64,000 bases of DNA from an uncultured archaeon (GTDB lineage Archaea > Altiarchaeota > Altiarchaeia > IMC4 > SCGC-AAA252-I15), in the NCBI GenBank assembly GCA_964587725.1, contig CAZPLO010000001.1, positions 16,327 to 80,326 on the forward strand. Reading direction: 5' to 3'. Below, in pieces: positions 8,061 through 18,322 of this stretch. Under the pieces are notes generated by a model. It ran no database searches and was not told the DNA's origin. It was given only the letters and a program-made list of their open reading frames with translations. The first letter of the stretch is position 1; each line of letters opens with the position of its first letter. The translations under genes were made by a program, and so were the position numbers.

Positions 8061-8837
8061 TTATTTCTCCATCACAGACCGTATCTCCTTGCCCCTCTTG
8101 AAGGCTGTGTCGACGCACGACTTCGCCTCGTCGACGGTGAAGGAGCCTGTCCCGCCCTTCTGCAACGCGTTCAGCGTGTCCGTGGTGGTTACCGTCAGAC
8201 GCGCGTCCATCGCGTACTCTTCGTCGGTGGTCGGGTCAAGTATTATCTTGTCCCGGATCTTGTGGAAGGTCAGCGGCACGGGCGTCGACTCCATGGGGAT
8301 TTTACCGTCCCATTCCCCGCGCACGGCCCTGCCGTCCTCCAATTTCGGCATCCTCGAATCCAACAATGCTGCTGCTGCGGATATGCCGCAGGCGTCGATT
8401 AGGTTGCCGTCGTTGTTGAGTATGTGGATGTCCAAGAACAGAATCCACACCTTCCCTTCTTCGATGAAGAGTTTCTTGAAGTCTATGCAGCCTGACTCCC
8501 GTATTCCTCGGTCAACGACACGCGCCAACTCAATCGCGTGTTCACGCGGAGGCCCCGACTCGAAATACGGTGACGCAATCGGCCGCAGCTCCGCTGCCGT
8601 CGTCATGACGCCGGAGTCCGGCGAGTCCGGGTAGGGTTCCGCGACGTCCATGCTGACGCCCGTCAACACCTCGGTGTCGCCGAGTTTCACATATGCGGAG
8701 CCGCTGGACTTCTCCCCGACGTAGCCCTTTGTTATCTCCAACGGCCTTATTTCGTCGAGTTTCCGGCCGTCAACCCTCTTGCCCTCCGACACGAGGTTGG
8801 CTATGTAGTCTCTCTTGAGATAGTATTCTATTTTCAT
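8061..8837 (-). CDS. rrp42: Exosome complex component Rrp42 (RNase PH-like, inactive subunit)
   Basis: RNase PH fold protein (...[16 protein letters not shown]...[13 protein letters not shown]...) immediately after rrp41, the conserved order. Confidence 0.85.
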   Translation of the reverse strand: MKIEYYLKRDYIANLVSEGKRVDGRKLDEIRPLEITKGYVGEKSSGSAYVKLGDTEVLTGVSMDVAEPYPDSPDSGVMTTAAELRPIASPYFESGPPREHAIELARVVDRGIRESGCIDFKKLFIEEGKVWILFLDIHILNNDGNLIDACGISAAAALLDSRMPKLEDGRAVRGEWDGKIPMESTPVPLTFHKIRDKIILDPTTDEEYAMDARLTVTTTDTLNALQKGGTGSFTVDEAKSCVDTAFKRGKEIRSVMEK

Positions 8838-9562
8838 TCCTGCACCTCCACTTCCTTAAGCGTCTTCTTCATGAGTTCGTACACCTGCATGCAGCCGTCG
8901 AACGCGAGGTCGAAGGCCTTCTCGAACTCTTCCTGCGTCAATACGCCGTCCATCTGCAGCAGCACTACCTCCCCGGTCCTGGGCACGATCGCCAGCGGCA
9001 GGTCGCATTGTCCGAAGTTGTCCTCCTCCTTCATCAAATCGAGGATTATTTCTCCGTCCGCCTTCCCGGCCGCGCAGGCCACAACCAGGTCCCTCATGGG
9101 GATTCCCGCGTCCGCCAAAGCCAGCGACGCCGCAGTCAACCCGACGCACCGTGTGCCGGCGTCCGCCTGCAGTATCTCCACGAAGACGTCGATTGCCGCG
9201 TTCGGGTACTTGTGTGTGCGTACGACGTTGGTCAGCGCCTCGCTGCTTATCTTGCTGATTTCAACGCTTCTCCTGTCGGGGCCCGGCCGCTTGCGGTCGT
9301 CCACGCTGAACGCCGCCATATTGTAAGTCAGACGCACCGTAGCCTCCGTCGGGTTCTGGAGGCGCCGCGGATGCATCTCCCGCGGACCGTACACTCCAGC
9401 CAACACCTTGTTTTTACCCCACTCAACGTAGGCGGAGCCCTGGGCGTTCTTCAACACCCTGACCTTCATCTTTATCTCCCTAAGTTGGTCGAACTTTCGG
9501 CCGTCCAGTCTGACGCCCTTGTCTATCAACTTCATATTCGTTTCGCCACTCATTTGCATCAC
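8834..9562 (-). CDS. rrp41: Exosome complex exonuclease Rrp41 (RNase PH-like, catalytic subunit)
   Basis: ...[17 protein letters not shown]...[19 protein letters not shown]...; RNase PH signatures, 242 aa, overlapping-stop coupling with rrp4 and rrp42. Confidence 0.9.
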   Translation of the reverse strand: MMQMSGETNMKLIDKGVRLDGRKFDQLREIKMKVRVLKNAQGSAYVEWGKNKVLAGVYGPREMHPRRLQNPTEATVRLTYNMAAFSVDDRKRPGPDRRSVEISKISSEALTNVVRTHKYPNAAIDVFVEILQADAGTRCVGLTAASLALADAGIPMRDLVVACAAGKADGEIILDLMKEEDNFGQCDLPLAIVPRTGEVVLLQMDGVLTQEEFEKAFDLAFDGCMQVYELMKKTLKEVEVQE

Positions 9563-10218
9563 TTCTTCTTTGATTTTGAACTAAGGAACTTGGTAACCCT
9601 GTCTGTCAAGCCGGAGGTCTGGGCCTCCCGCTCCACCATCCGCAGCGCCTCCACCGCCAGCGGAAGGTTTCCGCCCTTCAGCCATATGAGGCCGTTCTGC
9701 CCCACGATGATATGAGATCGTGTATTATCACGTATCAACGTTATCATCGATCTTTTGCGGCCGATTATGCGGGGCACCCGCATGGGCTTAACCCTTATCA
9801 CGTACCCCTCCTCGAGCTTCCTGGGGCCCGTCAGCTGAGCCTCCTTCACCTCGTCAACGTACACTATCTTCGCACTCAACAAATCGCCGACAGAGTATGA
9901 CTCCTGCTCCCTGGGGCCGCGGCGGTCGTTCCTCGGCTCCCGGAGCACGCCCAGGTAGGGGCCGTCCAAGTCCACCAGGTATATGCCTCCGAGGTCGCGG
10001 TCTACCACGCCCAGTACGACGTCGCCTGACTTCGGCACGTACGCGCCGTCCGACGGTATGATGTTCACGTTCTTGCCGCTGACCCGCGCCAGCCCCCTCA
10101 CCAGAGAGTATGCGCTGTCTCCCTCGGCAATGCATTCTCCTTCGCATCTCACGCCTTCACCCAGTTTCTCCCCGGGCAACACTATCTGCCTGTCTTTCAC
10201 GTTACTCATGTTTAACAA
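9559..10218 (-). CDS. rrp4: Exosome RNA-binding cap subunit Rrp4 (S1 + KH)
   Basis: N-terminal domain + S1 ([26 protein letters not shown]) + C-terminal KH ([10 protein letters not shown]) arrangement; conserved position upstream of rrp41. Confidence 0.85.
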   Translation of the reverse strand: MLNMSNVKDRQIVLPGEKLGEGVRCEGECIAEGDSAYSLVRGLARVSGKNVNIIPSDGAYVPKSGDVVLGVVDRDLGGIYLVDLDGPYLGVLREPRNDRRGPREQESYSVGDLLSAKIVYVDEVKEAQLTGPRKLEEGYVIRVKPMRVPRIIGRKRSMITLIRDNTRSHIIVGQNGLIWLKGGNLPLAVEALRMVEREAQTSGLTDRVTKFLSSKSKKK

Positions 10219-10915
10219 CCTTCGTCTTCACGTCGCCGTGTGTCATACTGTTAAGCCGGCTGAACAGTTCGTCCTGCATGCCAGCAGGTATCTCAATCAG
10301 CACGTACTGTTCGCCGCCAACCCAGTCCTCCTTCTTCACGTCACCGTATTCCCGGAGGGTGCTGTACATCTTCCCCGCGTACTCCGCGGGTATTTTCACG
10401 GCTATCTCGAGTTTCTCGAATTTGATTGGTATTATGGGCTTCAGCGCCTTCAGCACCTTCTCCACCTGCTCCCTCGCGCTCTTGGAAAGCAGTATCTCAA
10501 CCCGCGCCTCCTCCATCGCCGCCTCGATGCGATTGATTGGGTGGGGGGTGTTGGTCTGCGGGTTTATGGCGTTCCGCGCTATTACGGCGGCCACCTGTTT
10601 CCAGCGGTCCTCCATCATCTTCCGCCTCTGCTCGGTGGTGAGGTGGAGTTCGCCCTTGCGGAGTATCTCGTCGTATACCCCGTTCATGTCCTCGGCCTTG
10701 AACAGTTCGAGGAGGTGTTCCTCGCTGGCCTTCTCCCCCTTTTTGGCGTCCTTGAACACGTGCTCCGCGGCCAGTACGTCTTCGAGGCGGACGTCTCCGC
10801 CGCTCTTGTATTCGAGGGCCGGGTCTGGGTCCACGTATATCTCGTATGTTTCGCCGTGGGTCTTCAACCGCACTATCACGGCGTCTTCTAAACTGGTCAT
10901 GCTTCCACACTCCAT
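10202..10915 (-). CDS. sdo1: Ribosome maturation protein Sdo1/SBDS
   Basis: The N-terminal FYSH-like domain (VIVRLKTHGETYEIYVDPDPALEYKSG) and the 237-aa length match archaeal SBDS; conserved superoperon position. Confidence 0.85.
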   Translation of the reverse strand: MECGSMTSLEDAVIVRLKTHGETYEIYVDPDPALEYKSGGDVRLEDVLAAEHVFKDAKKGEKASEEHLLELFKAEDMNGVYDEILRKGELHLTTEQRRKMMEDRWKQVAAVIARNAINPQTNTPHPINRIEAAMEEARVEILLSKSAREQVEKVLKALKPIIPIKFEKLEIAVKIPAEYAGKMYSTLREYGDVKKEDWVGGEQYVLIEIPAGMQDELFSRLNSMTHGDVKTKVVKHE

Positions 10916-10952
10916 CCACGCACAAAAGGCAGATGATATATTCTGATGAACG

Positions 10953-11696
10953 TTACTCCTTGGGTTCCTTACTGTCTAGTTCCTTACCCAATTCTTTAAT
11001 AGACTTCTCTATCTCCCCGGTCTGCACCGGCACGTACTTGTCCTTGACTTCGACGGTTATCATGTCGACGCTCTCCGCCTTCACCTTGCCCTCGGACACC
11101 CTGTTCAATCCTATGAGGGCGAGGTTGACCGCCTCCTGCCTGCTGACCCCGGGGCTGTACTTCTCCTCCAGCAGCTTCTCCACGTCCCGCTTCCCCATCC
11201 CTATGGCGCCCGCCATGTATTCTGTGAACGCGCCGCTGGGGTCTGTCTCGAACAGATGCGGGCGGTCGTTGACCCCAGCAACCAGCAGCGCGGTGCCGAA
11301 TGGGCGTGCGCCGCCGAACTGGGTGTAAGCCTGCTTGATATCGCACAGCTCCCTGGTTAGGCCTGCAACGTTCACGGGCTCGCTGTATACGAGACGGTGG
11401 CGCTGAGCCCTCACCCGCGCGTCTTCGACAAGACGTCGGGCGTCAGCCACCAAACCGGATGTCGCAACTGCAATGTGCTCGTCTATCTGGAATATTTTCT
11501 CGATGCTTTTGGGGACAATCAGGCTGGTTGAAACGTTTTTGTCCACAGCCAACAGCACGCCGCCACCGTACACTATTCCCACCGCCGTGGTGCCCCTTTT
11601 GACTGCTTCACGGGCGTATTCGACCTGGAATAGTCTGCCATCGGGGCTGAAAACCGTTATAGCGCGGTCGTATGCCGCAGGACCTTGAGGATACAT
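10953..11696 (-). CDS. psmA: Proteasome subunit alpha
   Basis: YDRAITVFSPDGRLFQVEYA N-terminal alpha-subunit signature; 247 aa. Confidence 0.95.
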   Translation of the reverse strand: MYPQGPAAYDRAITVFSPDGRLFQVEYAREAVKRGTTAVGIVYGGGVLLAVDKNVSTSLIVPKSIEKIFQIDEHIAVATSGLVADARRLVEDARVRAQRHRLVYSEPVNVAGLTRELCDIKQAYTQFGGARPFGTALLVAGVNDRPHLFETDPSGAFTEYMAGAIGMGKRDVEKLLEEKYSPGVSRQEAVNLALIGLNRVSEGKVKAESVDMITVEVKDKYVPVQTGEIEKSIKELGKELDSKEPKE

Positions 11697-11760
11697 TTTT
11701 TCTGCCTGATTCTACCTATTCACTACGTAGCAATGAATATGTAGTTTACCTTTAAAAAGC

Positions 11761-12258
11761 CTACTTGAGGATGTCCCTCGCCAAGTTCAGCCGCTCTGCG
11801 ACGGATTTCCCTTCCCTGGGCCTGTAGCCCTTGGTTTCCCCCACGTAGTCGAGCAGATCGCTCACGTTCGCGCCTGTGAGGCTGGCTGCCTGGGTTACGG
11901 AGACTCCGCGGCTGTGTAGCCGGGAGGCAATCTTTATCCTGGCTTTCCCGACGAGGCCGCCTTCGAAGAACCCGTGTTCGCTGTCGAATTTATCTATTTC
12001 AGAGAGTATGCCGTCGAAATCGTGTTCCCCCAGCTTCATCACCGCCTTTTCAGCGATTTCCTCTGTCTTCTCGCGCATGTGGAGTTTTATGTAGATTTTG
12101 TGGAAGCAGTAGGTTACCATGGCGAGCTTTATCATGTCCTCGCCCTGGGTGGTGGATGCTTCGTCGCTGTAGTGGGACGCGAGCTCCCGCAGCTTCACCG
12201 AATCCCCTGATTTTATGGCCTCCGCGACTTCATCAAGCTTTTTCACTGTAAACTCCAC
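11761..12258 (-). CDS. Hypothetical protein with C-terminal HTH-like segment (165 aa)
   Basis: ORF between the eIF2B-like gene and psmA, overlapping the former by 16 nt. The C-terminal ...RGVSVTQAASLTGANVSDLLDYV... resembles a helix-turn-helix. No confident family. Confidence 0.4.
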   Translation of the reverse strand: MEFTVKKLDEVAEAIKSGDSVKLRELASHYSDEASTTQGEDMIKLAMVTYCFHKIYIKLHMREKTEEIAEKAVMKLGEHDFDGILSEIDKFDSEHGFFEGGLVGKARIKIASRLHSRGVSVTQAASLTGANVSDLLDYVGETKGYRPREGKSVAERLNLARDILK

Positions 12259-13139
12259 CCGAAACGTTCCTTTATGAGGTTGTATGCAGCCTCAGGGGGT
12301 ATTACCCCGTACTCGGTCACAATCATGTTCACGTATTCTTTCTGGGTGACGTCGAATGCTGGGTTGAACACGCCCACACCTTCTATGTCGGCGACTTCCT
12401 TGGGGTCGCGTTCCTCAATTTCTGAAATCATACCCTGCATGCTGTAGGGGGAGAACTTTATGGATTCCGTGCAGACTATGAATTCGACGCCCGCGTGCTT
12501 AGCGGTGACGGCAACCTGGCTGGTGCCTATCTTGTTTATGACGTCGCCGTTCGCGTACACGGTGTCCGCGCCCACGAACACCTTCTTCACGTCGCGGTGT
12601 AGCATGGTGTGGTATGCTGCGCCGTCCACAATCAAGGTCACATCCACCCCCGCCGCCGATAGGTCTTTGGCTGTGATGTGGCCCTGCCACCTCGGCCGCG
12701 TCTCGCATGCGTACACCTTGAACCGTTTCCCCTGCCCCCACGCACGGGACATGGTTTCGGTGACTGTGCGGCTGTTACATATCGTCAACAAAATGTCGCC
12801 GTCTTCGATGAGGTTCGCGCCTATGTCGGCGGCCTTGTCTATGGACGAGTCCAGCTGGGATATGAAGTCCGACACGTCCGCCAGCAGGGTGGCTTTGGCT
12901 ATGCTGGGGTCCTCGTCTCGGTGGGATTCAGCCAGGTGGAGGATGTAGTTGATGGCATTCGGGAGTGAAACAGCGGTGGGCCGCGCATCCCTCAAGATGT
13001 CGCCGGCCTTCACCAGCTCGTCATACGACGCGCCCTCCGAAATCCTCTCCTCCAAGGCCTTGGACGCCGAGACCGCAATCTTCAACGCGCCCCGAACCTC
13101 CATGGACCGAATCTTGCCGGCGGTGTCTTCGACGGACAT
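12243..13139 (-). CDS. eIF-2B alpha/beta/delta family protein (aIF-2B-like or ribose-1,5-bisphosphate isomerase)
   Basis: 298 aa with the family layout: N-terminal helical region, then Rossmann-like domain with ...TICNSRTV..., ...VFVGADTVYANGDVINKIGTSQVAV..., ...FIVCTESIKF.... Confidence 0.75.
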   Translation of the reverse strand: MSVEDTAGKIRSMEVRGALKIAVSASKALEERISEGASYDELVKAGDILRDARPTAVSLPNAINYILHLAESHRDEDPSIAKATLLADVSDFISQLDSSIDKAADIGANLIEDGDILLTICNSRTVTETMSRAWGQGKRFKVYACETRPRWQGHITAKDLSAAGVDVTLIVDGAAYHTMLHRDVKKVFVGADTVYANGDVINKIGTSQVAVTAKHAGVEFIVCTESIKFSPYSMQGMISEIEERDPKEVADIEGVGVFNPAFDVTQKEYVNMIVTEYGVIPPEAAYNLIKERFGWSLQ

Positions 13140-13159
13140 GGTAGAATATTGTTTTACAG

Positions 13160-16100
13160 TTATAAGTCCCTGAGGCCTTTTGTCCGCGGACGCCCGCGGG
13201 AGATGGCATATGCGGCTGCGGCAGCCAATGTAAACCCGGACGCAATCAGTAATCCCAGGTAGATGAGTGCTGTAGAGGCGCCGGCTTCCGGCTGCGTAGT
13301 GGACGTTGACTCCACTGCGGCGGGTGACGGAACCTCAGCCGCCAACGCTATAGTCGATGACGTTGGATGAGACGACATCATTGTGGAGTATGTCGTCTGG
13401 GTTGGGGGGGTAGAGTGGGATGACGCTGTAGAGTAGATCGTTGAAGTAGACGACGTCGTTGTGGAGTATGTCTTCGTGGTGGTCGACTGGGTTGTAGTGG
13501 CCACGCCGACCGCCTCCACCATGCATTCCATAAGCCGGTACCCACTTTTGCTAGTCAGTATCTCGTATAAGCCGGGGGCGGAGGGCGTGAAGGATACTCT
13601 GCCCCCAGAGTCGGTTTTACCCTCAAACACGAGTTCACCACCGAGATAGATTGAAACCACAGCATTCATTATAATAGCTCCTGTTCCGCGGCCATCATCC
13701 AGGCGGACGGTGATTCCGTATGGGACGCCGACCGTCAACTCACCCGGACACGCCATGCGCAGCTCAGGCTTAACGCTCCTGCCCACGCCTCCGCCTCCGG
13801 GGGCGGGGACGCTGACAGTCAATGAATAGTTTGTGGAGTTTCCGGCGTTACCCACGGAGTCGAAGCAGGACACACGCCAAGTGTATGCACCATCGGGGAG
13901 GTTTAGGGTGAACGACTGGGTTGTGTCCTCGGAGACTGTGTCGTCGGTCTCATTCAACGGGCCATTGAGGTAGAGGCTGCAGTTCGCCACATTAGACAAT
14001 ACGTCGGAGACGTTGTACCGGAGGGTTACCGTCGCGGATTGTGTTGTGGAACCGTTGTCCGGGCCCACAAGGTTCACTGTCGGCGGCGTCGAATCCGACT
14101 TCAATGATTGATTGCTATCTCCCCAGTCGCTGAGGTTGGCGTCGTCGTATGCGAGGCAGTTCCACAGGTAAAAACCGTCTTCAAGTGTCCTGGCCCAGCC
14201 GATGGCGTTCGACAAATCAGATACGTCCGCGGTTTCGTTGGCGTGCCAGCCACTCCAGTTCCCGTACAGGGTTATGTTCACCACGACGTTGTCGTCTACG
14301 GCGGAGCAATTGAAGGTCACGTTCGAAGAAGACGAGTTGAAGCCGTCCACAGGCGCGTCCAACACGACCGTGGGGGCTGAGACGCTGACCGTCAGGTTGT
14401 ATGCGGACGAGTTCCCGACGTTGCCGACGATGTCGCTGCAGTTTATGCTCCAGTTGTATTGGCCGTTCGCCAGCACCTTGGTGAAGGATTGTGTGGTGTC
14501 TTCGGCGACGGAGTCGTCTGAATCGTTCCAGACGCCATTCAGGTAGAAGGTGCAGTTTAGGATATGGGATGTGGTGTCGGACACGTTGTATTCGAAGTCT
14601 ACAACATGGGTGGTCTGCTCCAGCGTGTCGTCTCCCGGACTCTCCAAATACACTGCAGGCGGTGTGGTGTCGAGCAGGTAAGTGTTTGTTTCAGATTTGT
14701 TGTAGTTGCCGTCGGAGTCGTTGGCGGACGCGTTCAGATAGTAGAGGTCGTCCGGCAGGTTGGTGATGTTCCAGTAGAGGGGGGTTGAGGCGGAGGAGTT
14801 GGTGGCGTGCAGGGTGGAGGAGTTGTAGAGGTATGCTGTGACGTTGATTAGGTTGTCGTCCACCGCAGACACGTTGGCTGTGACGTAGTCTCTGCTGTAG
14901 TTTCCGGCTGGCGTCGTGGGGTCGGCCAACGACACCTCCGGGGTGACCCACAGGTCCGAGAGGGGGAGGTAGTCAACGTTGTCTGGTGCTAGGGTGTGGA
15001 TTTCGTCGCAGAAGCCGTCGAACAACGTGTCGTTGCAGTTTTCGCTGTGGCCGCTGCCGTCAGGATTGAGCCAGACGTTCCCGCCCAACACGTTCCCGCC
15101 CAACACGTTAACACCGGTAGCATTTGTCGTGTTCCAGTCGTTATGGTATGTGGCGCCCGCGAACTGCGCATTGACGGTGTTGTTGAAGAGGTTGTTGTAT
15201 AAGCTGTTGTCGGGGCTGGAGTATAACATTACGCCGTAGTTGCTGTTGGCGGTGAAGTTGCAAGCGGATACGGTGTTGTTGGAGCAGTACATAAAGTACA
15301 TGCCGTATGTGTTGCGTGTTATGGAGGAGTTCACCACCGACACGTTCACGCCGTAGTCGATGCGCGCCCCGTAAGAGCCGCTGCCGTTGAAGCGAAGGTC
15401 TTCGAGCATAGGGTGGTTTGAGTTGCTCACGTACAGACAGTAGTCTTTGCAGTAGTTCATGTGGATGGAGGTGAAGTTGCAGTAGTCGGAGTACTGGACT
15501 GATATGCCGTCGTCTGAGTTGTTGTCGGCTGTGAAGCCGTCGACGACCGCGTAGTGGGAGTAGTAGAGGGTCAGCGCCTCCTGGGTGTTGCTGTCGGCTG
15601 TGAGGTTGAAGAACCTGTTTCCGAACCCGTATCGGTCGTACACGCCGTAGACGTTTTCGTCCAAGGTGACGTTACTCAAGGTGATGTTGGTGGAGTTGAG
15701 CATGTAGACGCCGTAGTATGCGTTGGTGGAGTTGGAATCCAGTATGCGGGAGTTGTTCGTCCGATACAAGAAAATGAGGTCGTCTGCGGTCATTTTCACA
15801 GTCACGTTGTCGCAGCCTATCAGGCTCAAATGGGAGTATGCTGTTCCGTAGTCGAGCAGCTGGTTGTCCGGGCAGGGATTGTATACGCCGTCGAAGTATT
15901 TTACGGGCTTGCCGTTGATGGTGTTGCTGGCATCTATGTCGTTGACGTATTCGTCGGCAACCCAGAGACCTCTGACCCTCCCCCGTAATATGCTGGTGTT
16001 CCTGAACGTGTTGTTCACGCTACTGGACAGGTAGCTTCCATAGGCGGTGTTGTTCTCCAGCCACAGGTCTGCGAGGTTGTTATATGAACTCGAATACATG

Positions 16101-18277
16101 TACAGCCCCCTTGAGTTGTCGCCCGCTGTTCCATTGAATATGTTATTGTATGAACTCGAAGACAGATAGAGGCCGTAGTATTTGTTGCCGTCTGCTGTTA
16201 CGTTGAGTAGTGTGTTGTTCATGGAATCATCCACTTCAACCCCGATACCCCAGTCACCGTATAGGCCGTGGTTGTGGCTGGAGGTTGAGTTGATGAGTTT
16301 ATTGCTGGAGCCCCCGGACAACAGGATTCCGTGTTCGGAGTTGTTGTACGTCCACACGTTCCTGACCGTGCTGTAGGCGGTCGAAGACAACAGGATTCCG
16401 CGGTTGTTGTTGGTTGCGTTCACGTACTCTATAAGGCCGCCGTAGTTCGAGGCGAAGAATATGCCTGACTTGTAGTGATGATTCGTCCCGGTTATCGGTG
16501 TTGCAGTACCCACACGGACAGTACAGTTTCTCACCCGGGTGTTGTTGTAGCCGGATGTTACACCATAGTAGTAGGTGTACAAACTGCTGTTGCCATAGTC
16601 TATTGTGTGGCCTAGGCAGTCAAGGGTGACGTTGTCCGCCTCGACAGTTATGCAAGTCTCCTCTGAGAAGACGTCGTTCAACAGATAATGTGTGGTGTCT
16701 TCCAAGGTGAGGTTCCTGCAGAAGGTGACGTTCTCCCCGGTTTCGACGTTAAATGATGTGGATGCCTCGCCCCAGCTGCCGGCGGTGTCGTTGCAGTAGA
16801 ATGTGACATTGTGGAAACCGTCCGGTACTGTGGAGTTGACATAGCCAAAGTTGAAGGCCGTGATATTCCCCATGCTCGTATTTTCTCCGCCGTCGAGGCT
16901 GAATCCGCACCAGCTCCCCTCCTTGTCCAAGGTGACGTTAAAGTACACTGTCTGGGCGGAGTAGTTGCTGTACTGCGGCGAATCTATAGTAACCACCACC
17001 GGCTCACTCCCACCCTCTAAGACTATGTCGCGGACCTCATTATCGTTGCCGGAGAACATGAAATACGTTGAGTTTGTCAGGTAGCCGGCCTTGCTCGCGT
17101 TTAAGGTGTGGTTCCAGTAGGATGCGGTACCGGAGTGGTTTATGTAGTACACCAACGCCAGCAGGTCTGTCAGGCCCCCGGAGTCCGTCAGCACCTCATA
17201 CTCCAATGTGCCGGATTCATTCCACAACCTGACCTTGGCGTCCTGCAGTTGTGACGTGCTGTTGGACACATTCACCCGCAGATACCATTTCCGGACTAAA
17301 TTACACGGCCAGTTTTCAGGCATGCCCCAATTCTGGAAGTATTCTGTCTCATAGGTTGAGTTCAGGAATGTGACGTTCGAGCACTCGGACCGCATGTACA
17401 AGTCATAGTCGCCGGAGTTCTCAACCACAATGTTACTGTAGAGGTTGTGATTTCCCTGATTCAAATACATTCCATAGTCTCCGCTGTTGTTGATGTACCC
17501 GTTGACAATGCTTATCCTGTCTGAGCGGTCGTTGTAGAAGCCAGTCCAGGAACCACCCTGTATTTCAACGCCTTCAAAGTGGTTGTCGTCTGCTAGAGAA
17601 ACATAGACTGTGGAGCCCCGGACCACCACGTCCCTGTAGACGCCGTACTCGGACCACCGGATGTACATCATCTTGCCTATGGACTCCAAGTGTTCGCCGT
17701 AGGTGTACGTCTGGTCCTCCAAGTAGTAGTTGTATGAACCGCCGCTGCCGCTGACGGTGATGTTGGTCATGTTAAGGTAGTAGACGTTGGCGTTGTTGCT
17801 GTAGACGCCGTAGTATCCGTTCGACGACAGATTCAGGTTCTGGAGCAGCGCAGACCATGTGTTGCCAACCCAGACACCAAATCGGGGGCTGGTGGTGCGG
17901 GTTGTCGTGATAAGGCAGTTCCGGACCGTGGAGTCGTTGTTATATAATTCTCCGGAGGATGGCAGGATGTAGACTCCTGAGTAGAAGGTCGAGCCGGATG
18001 ATGTCCCGTAGGTGACGGTGTTGCTCCAGCTAACACAGTCGAGTGTGACGTTGGATGCGTTTATGGTGAAGCAGGTGCCTGTTGAGGACACGGGCTGGGT
18101 GAGGCGATAGGTTTTGCCGGACTCGTTCAAGACGCGGCAGCCAGTGATGTCTTCGGTGTCTGCTGAAACGGTGGAGAGCATGAACAGTAGAGCAACGGCT
18201 GACAACACAGGATATTGTTTGACGTCCAATCCGCCACCTTTATGGATTCTACACCCCTTATTTAATTCGAGTAACAC
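13160..18277 (-). CDS. Giant (1705 aa) secreted surface protein: parallel beta-helix repeats, heavily N-glycosylatable, Thr/Ser-rich stalk, C-terminal TM anchor (S-layer/adhesin candidate)
   Basis: GTG start and a signal-peptide-like N-terminus (PVLSAVALLFMLSTVSA). Many NxS/T sequons. Repeated N.GxY.YNN..N...YN type beta-helix (pectate-lyase-like) repeats. Ig-like modules near the C-terminus. The tail is a Thr-rich stalk (TTTQSTTTKTYSTTTSSTST...), a TM (ALIYLGLLIASGFTLAAAAAYAI), then a basic end (SRGRPRTK...). Confidence 0.7.
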   Translation of the reverse strand: MLLELNKGCRIHKGGGLDVKQYPVLSAVALLFMLSTVSADTEDITGCRVLNESGKTYRLTQPVSSTGTCFTINASNVTLDCVSWSNTVTYGTSSGSTFYSGVYILPSSGELYNNDSTVRNCLITTTRTTSPRFGVWVGNTWSALLQNLNLSSNGYYGVYSNNANVYYLNMTNITVSGSGGSYNYYLEDQTYTYGEHLESIGKMMYIRWSEYGVYRDVVVRGSTVYVSLADDNHFEGVEIQGGSWTGFYNDRSDRISIVNGYINNSGDYGMYLNQGNHNLYSNIVVENSGDYDLYMRSECSNVTFLNSTYETEYFQNWGMPENWPCNLVRKWYLRVNVSNSTSQLQDAKVRLWNESGTLEYEVLTDSGGLTDLLALVYYINHSGTASYWNHTLNASKAGYLTNSTYFMFSGNDNEVRDIVLEGGSEPVVVTIDSPQYSNYSAQTVYFNVTLDKEGSWCGFSLDGGENTSMGNITAFNFGYVNSTVPDGFHNVTFYCNDTAGSWGEASTSFNVETGENVTFCRNLTLEDTTHYLLNDVFSEETCITVEADNVTLDCLGHTIDYGNSSLYTYYYGVTSGYNNTRVRNCTVRVGTATPITGTNHHYKSGIFFASNYGGLIEYVNATNNNRGILLSSTAYSTVRNVWTYNNSEHGILLSGGSSNKLINSTSSHNHGLYGDWGIGVEVDDSMNNTLLNVTADGNKYYGLYLSSSSYNNIFNGTAGDNSRGLYMYSSSYNNLADLWLENNTAYGSYLSSSVNNTFRNTSILRGRVRGLWVADEYVNDIDASNTINGKPVKYFDGVYNPCPDNQLLDYGTAYSHLSLIGCDNVTVKMTADDLIFLYRTNNSRILDSNSTNAYYGVYMLNSTNITLSNVTLDENVYGVYDRYGFGNRFFNLTADSNTQEALTLYYSHYAVVDGFTADNNSDDGISVQYSDYCNFTSIHMNYCKDYCLYVSNSNHPMLEDLRFNGSGSYGARIDYGVNVSVVNSSITRNTYGMYFMYCSNNTVSACNFTANSNYGVMLYSSPDNSLYNNLFNNTVNAQFAGATYHNDWNTTNATGVNVLGGNVLGGNVWLNPDGSGHSENCNDTLFDGFCDEIHTLAPDNVDYLPLSDLWVTPEVSLADPTTPAGNYSRDYVTANVSAVDDNLINVTAYLYNSSTLHATNSSASTPLYWNITNLPDDLYYLNASANDSDGNYNKSETNTYLLDTTPPAVYLESPGDDTLEQTTHVVDFEYNVSDTTSHILNCTFYLNGVWNDSDDSVAEDTTQSFTKVLANGQYNWSINCSDIVGNVGNSSAYNLTVSVSAPTVVLDAPVDGFNSSSSNVTFNCSAVDDNVVVNITLYGNWSGWHANETADVSDLSNAIGWARTLEDGFYLWNCLAYDDANLSDWGDSNQSLKSDSTPPTVNLVGPDNGSTTQSATVTLRYNVSDVLSNVANCSLYLNGPLNETDDTVSEDTTQSFTLNLPDGAYTWRVSCFDSVGNAGNSTNYSLTVSVPAPGGGGVGRSVKPELRMACPGELTVGVPYGITVRLDDGRGTGAIIMNAVVSIYLGGELVFEGKTDSGGRVSFTPSAPGLYEILTSKSGYRLMECMVEAVGVATTTQSTTTKTYSTTTSSTSTIYSTASSHSTPPTQTTYSTMMSSHPTSSTIALAAEVPSPAAVESTSTTQPEAGASTALIYLGLLIASGFTLAAAAAYAISRGRPRTKGLRDL

Positions 18278-18322
18278 TTTTTATAAAGTATTAAGGGGTT
18301 TTCAAAACAATTTCAAACAAAG

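Noticed and set aside
10497-10925. Arg-rich 142-aa ORF and many similar Arg/Pro/Gly-rich ORFs (e.g. 9854..10147, 20013..20825, 38398..38778)
   Set aside because: They are alternative-frame or antisense reads inside well-supported genes, as expected in GC-rich DNA. Composition and lack of motifs argue against coding.
13335-18036. Numerous 60-140-aa ORFs on both strands inside the 1705-aa surface protein gene
   Set aside because: They are fully contained in a long ORF with a coherent domain structure and show no independent signals.
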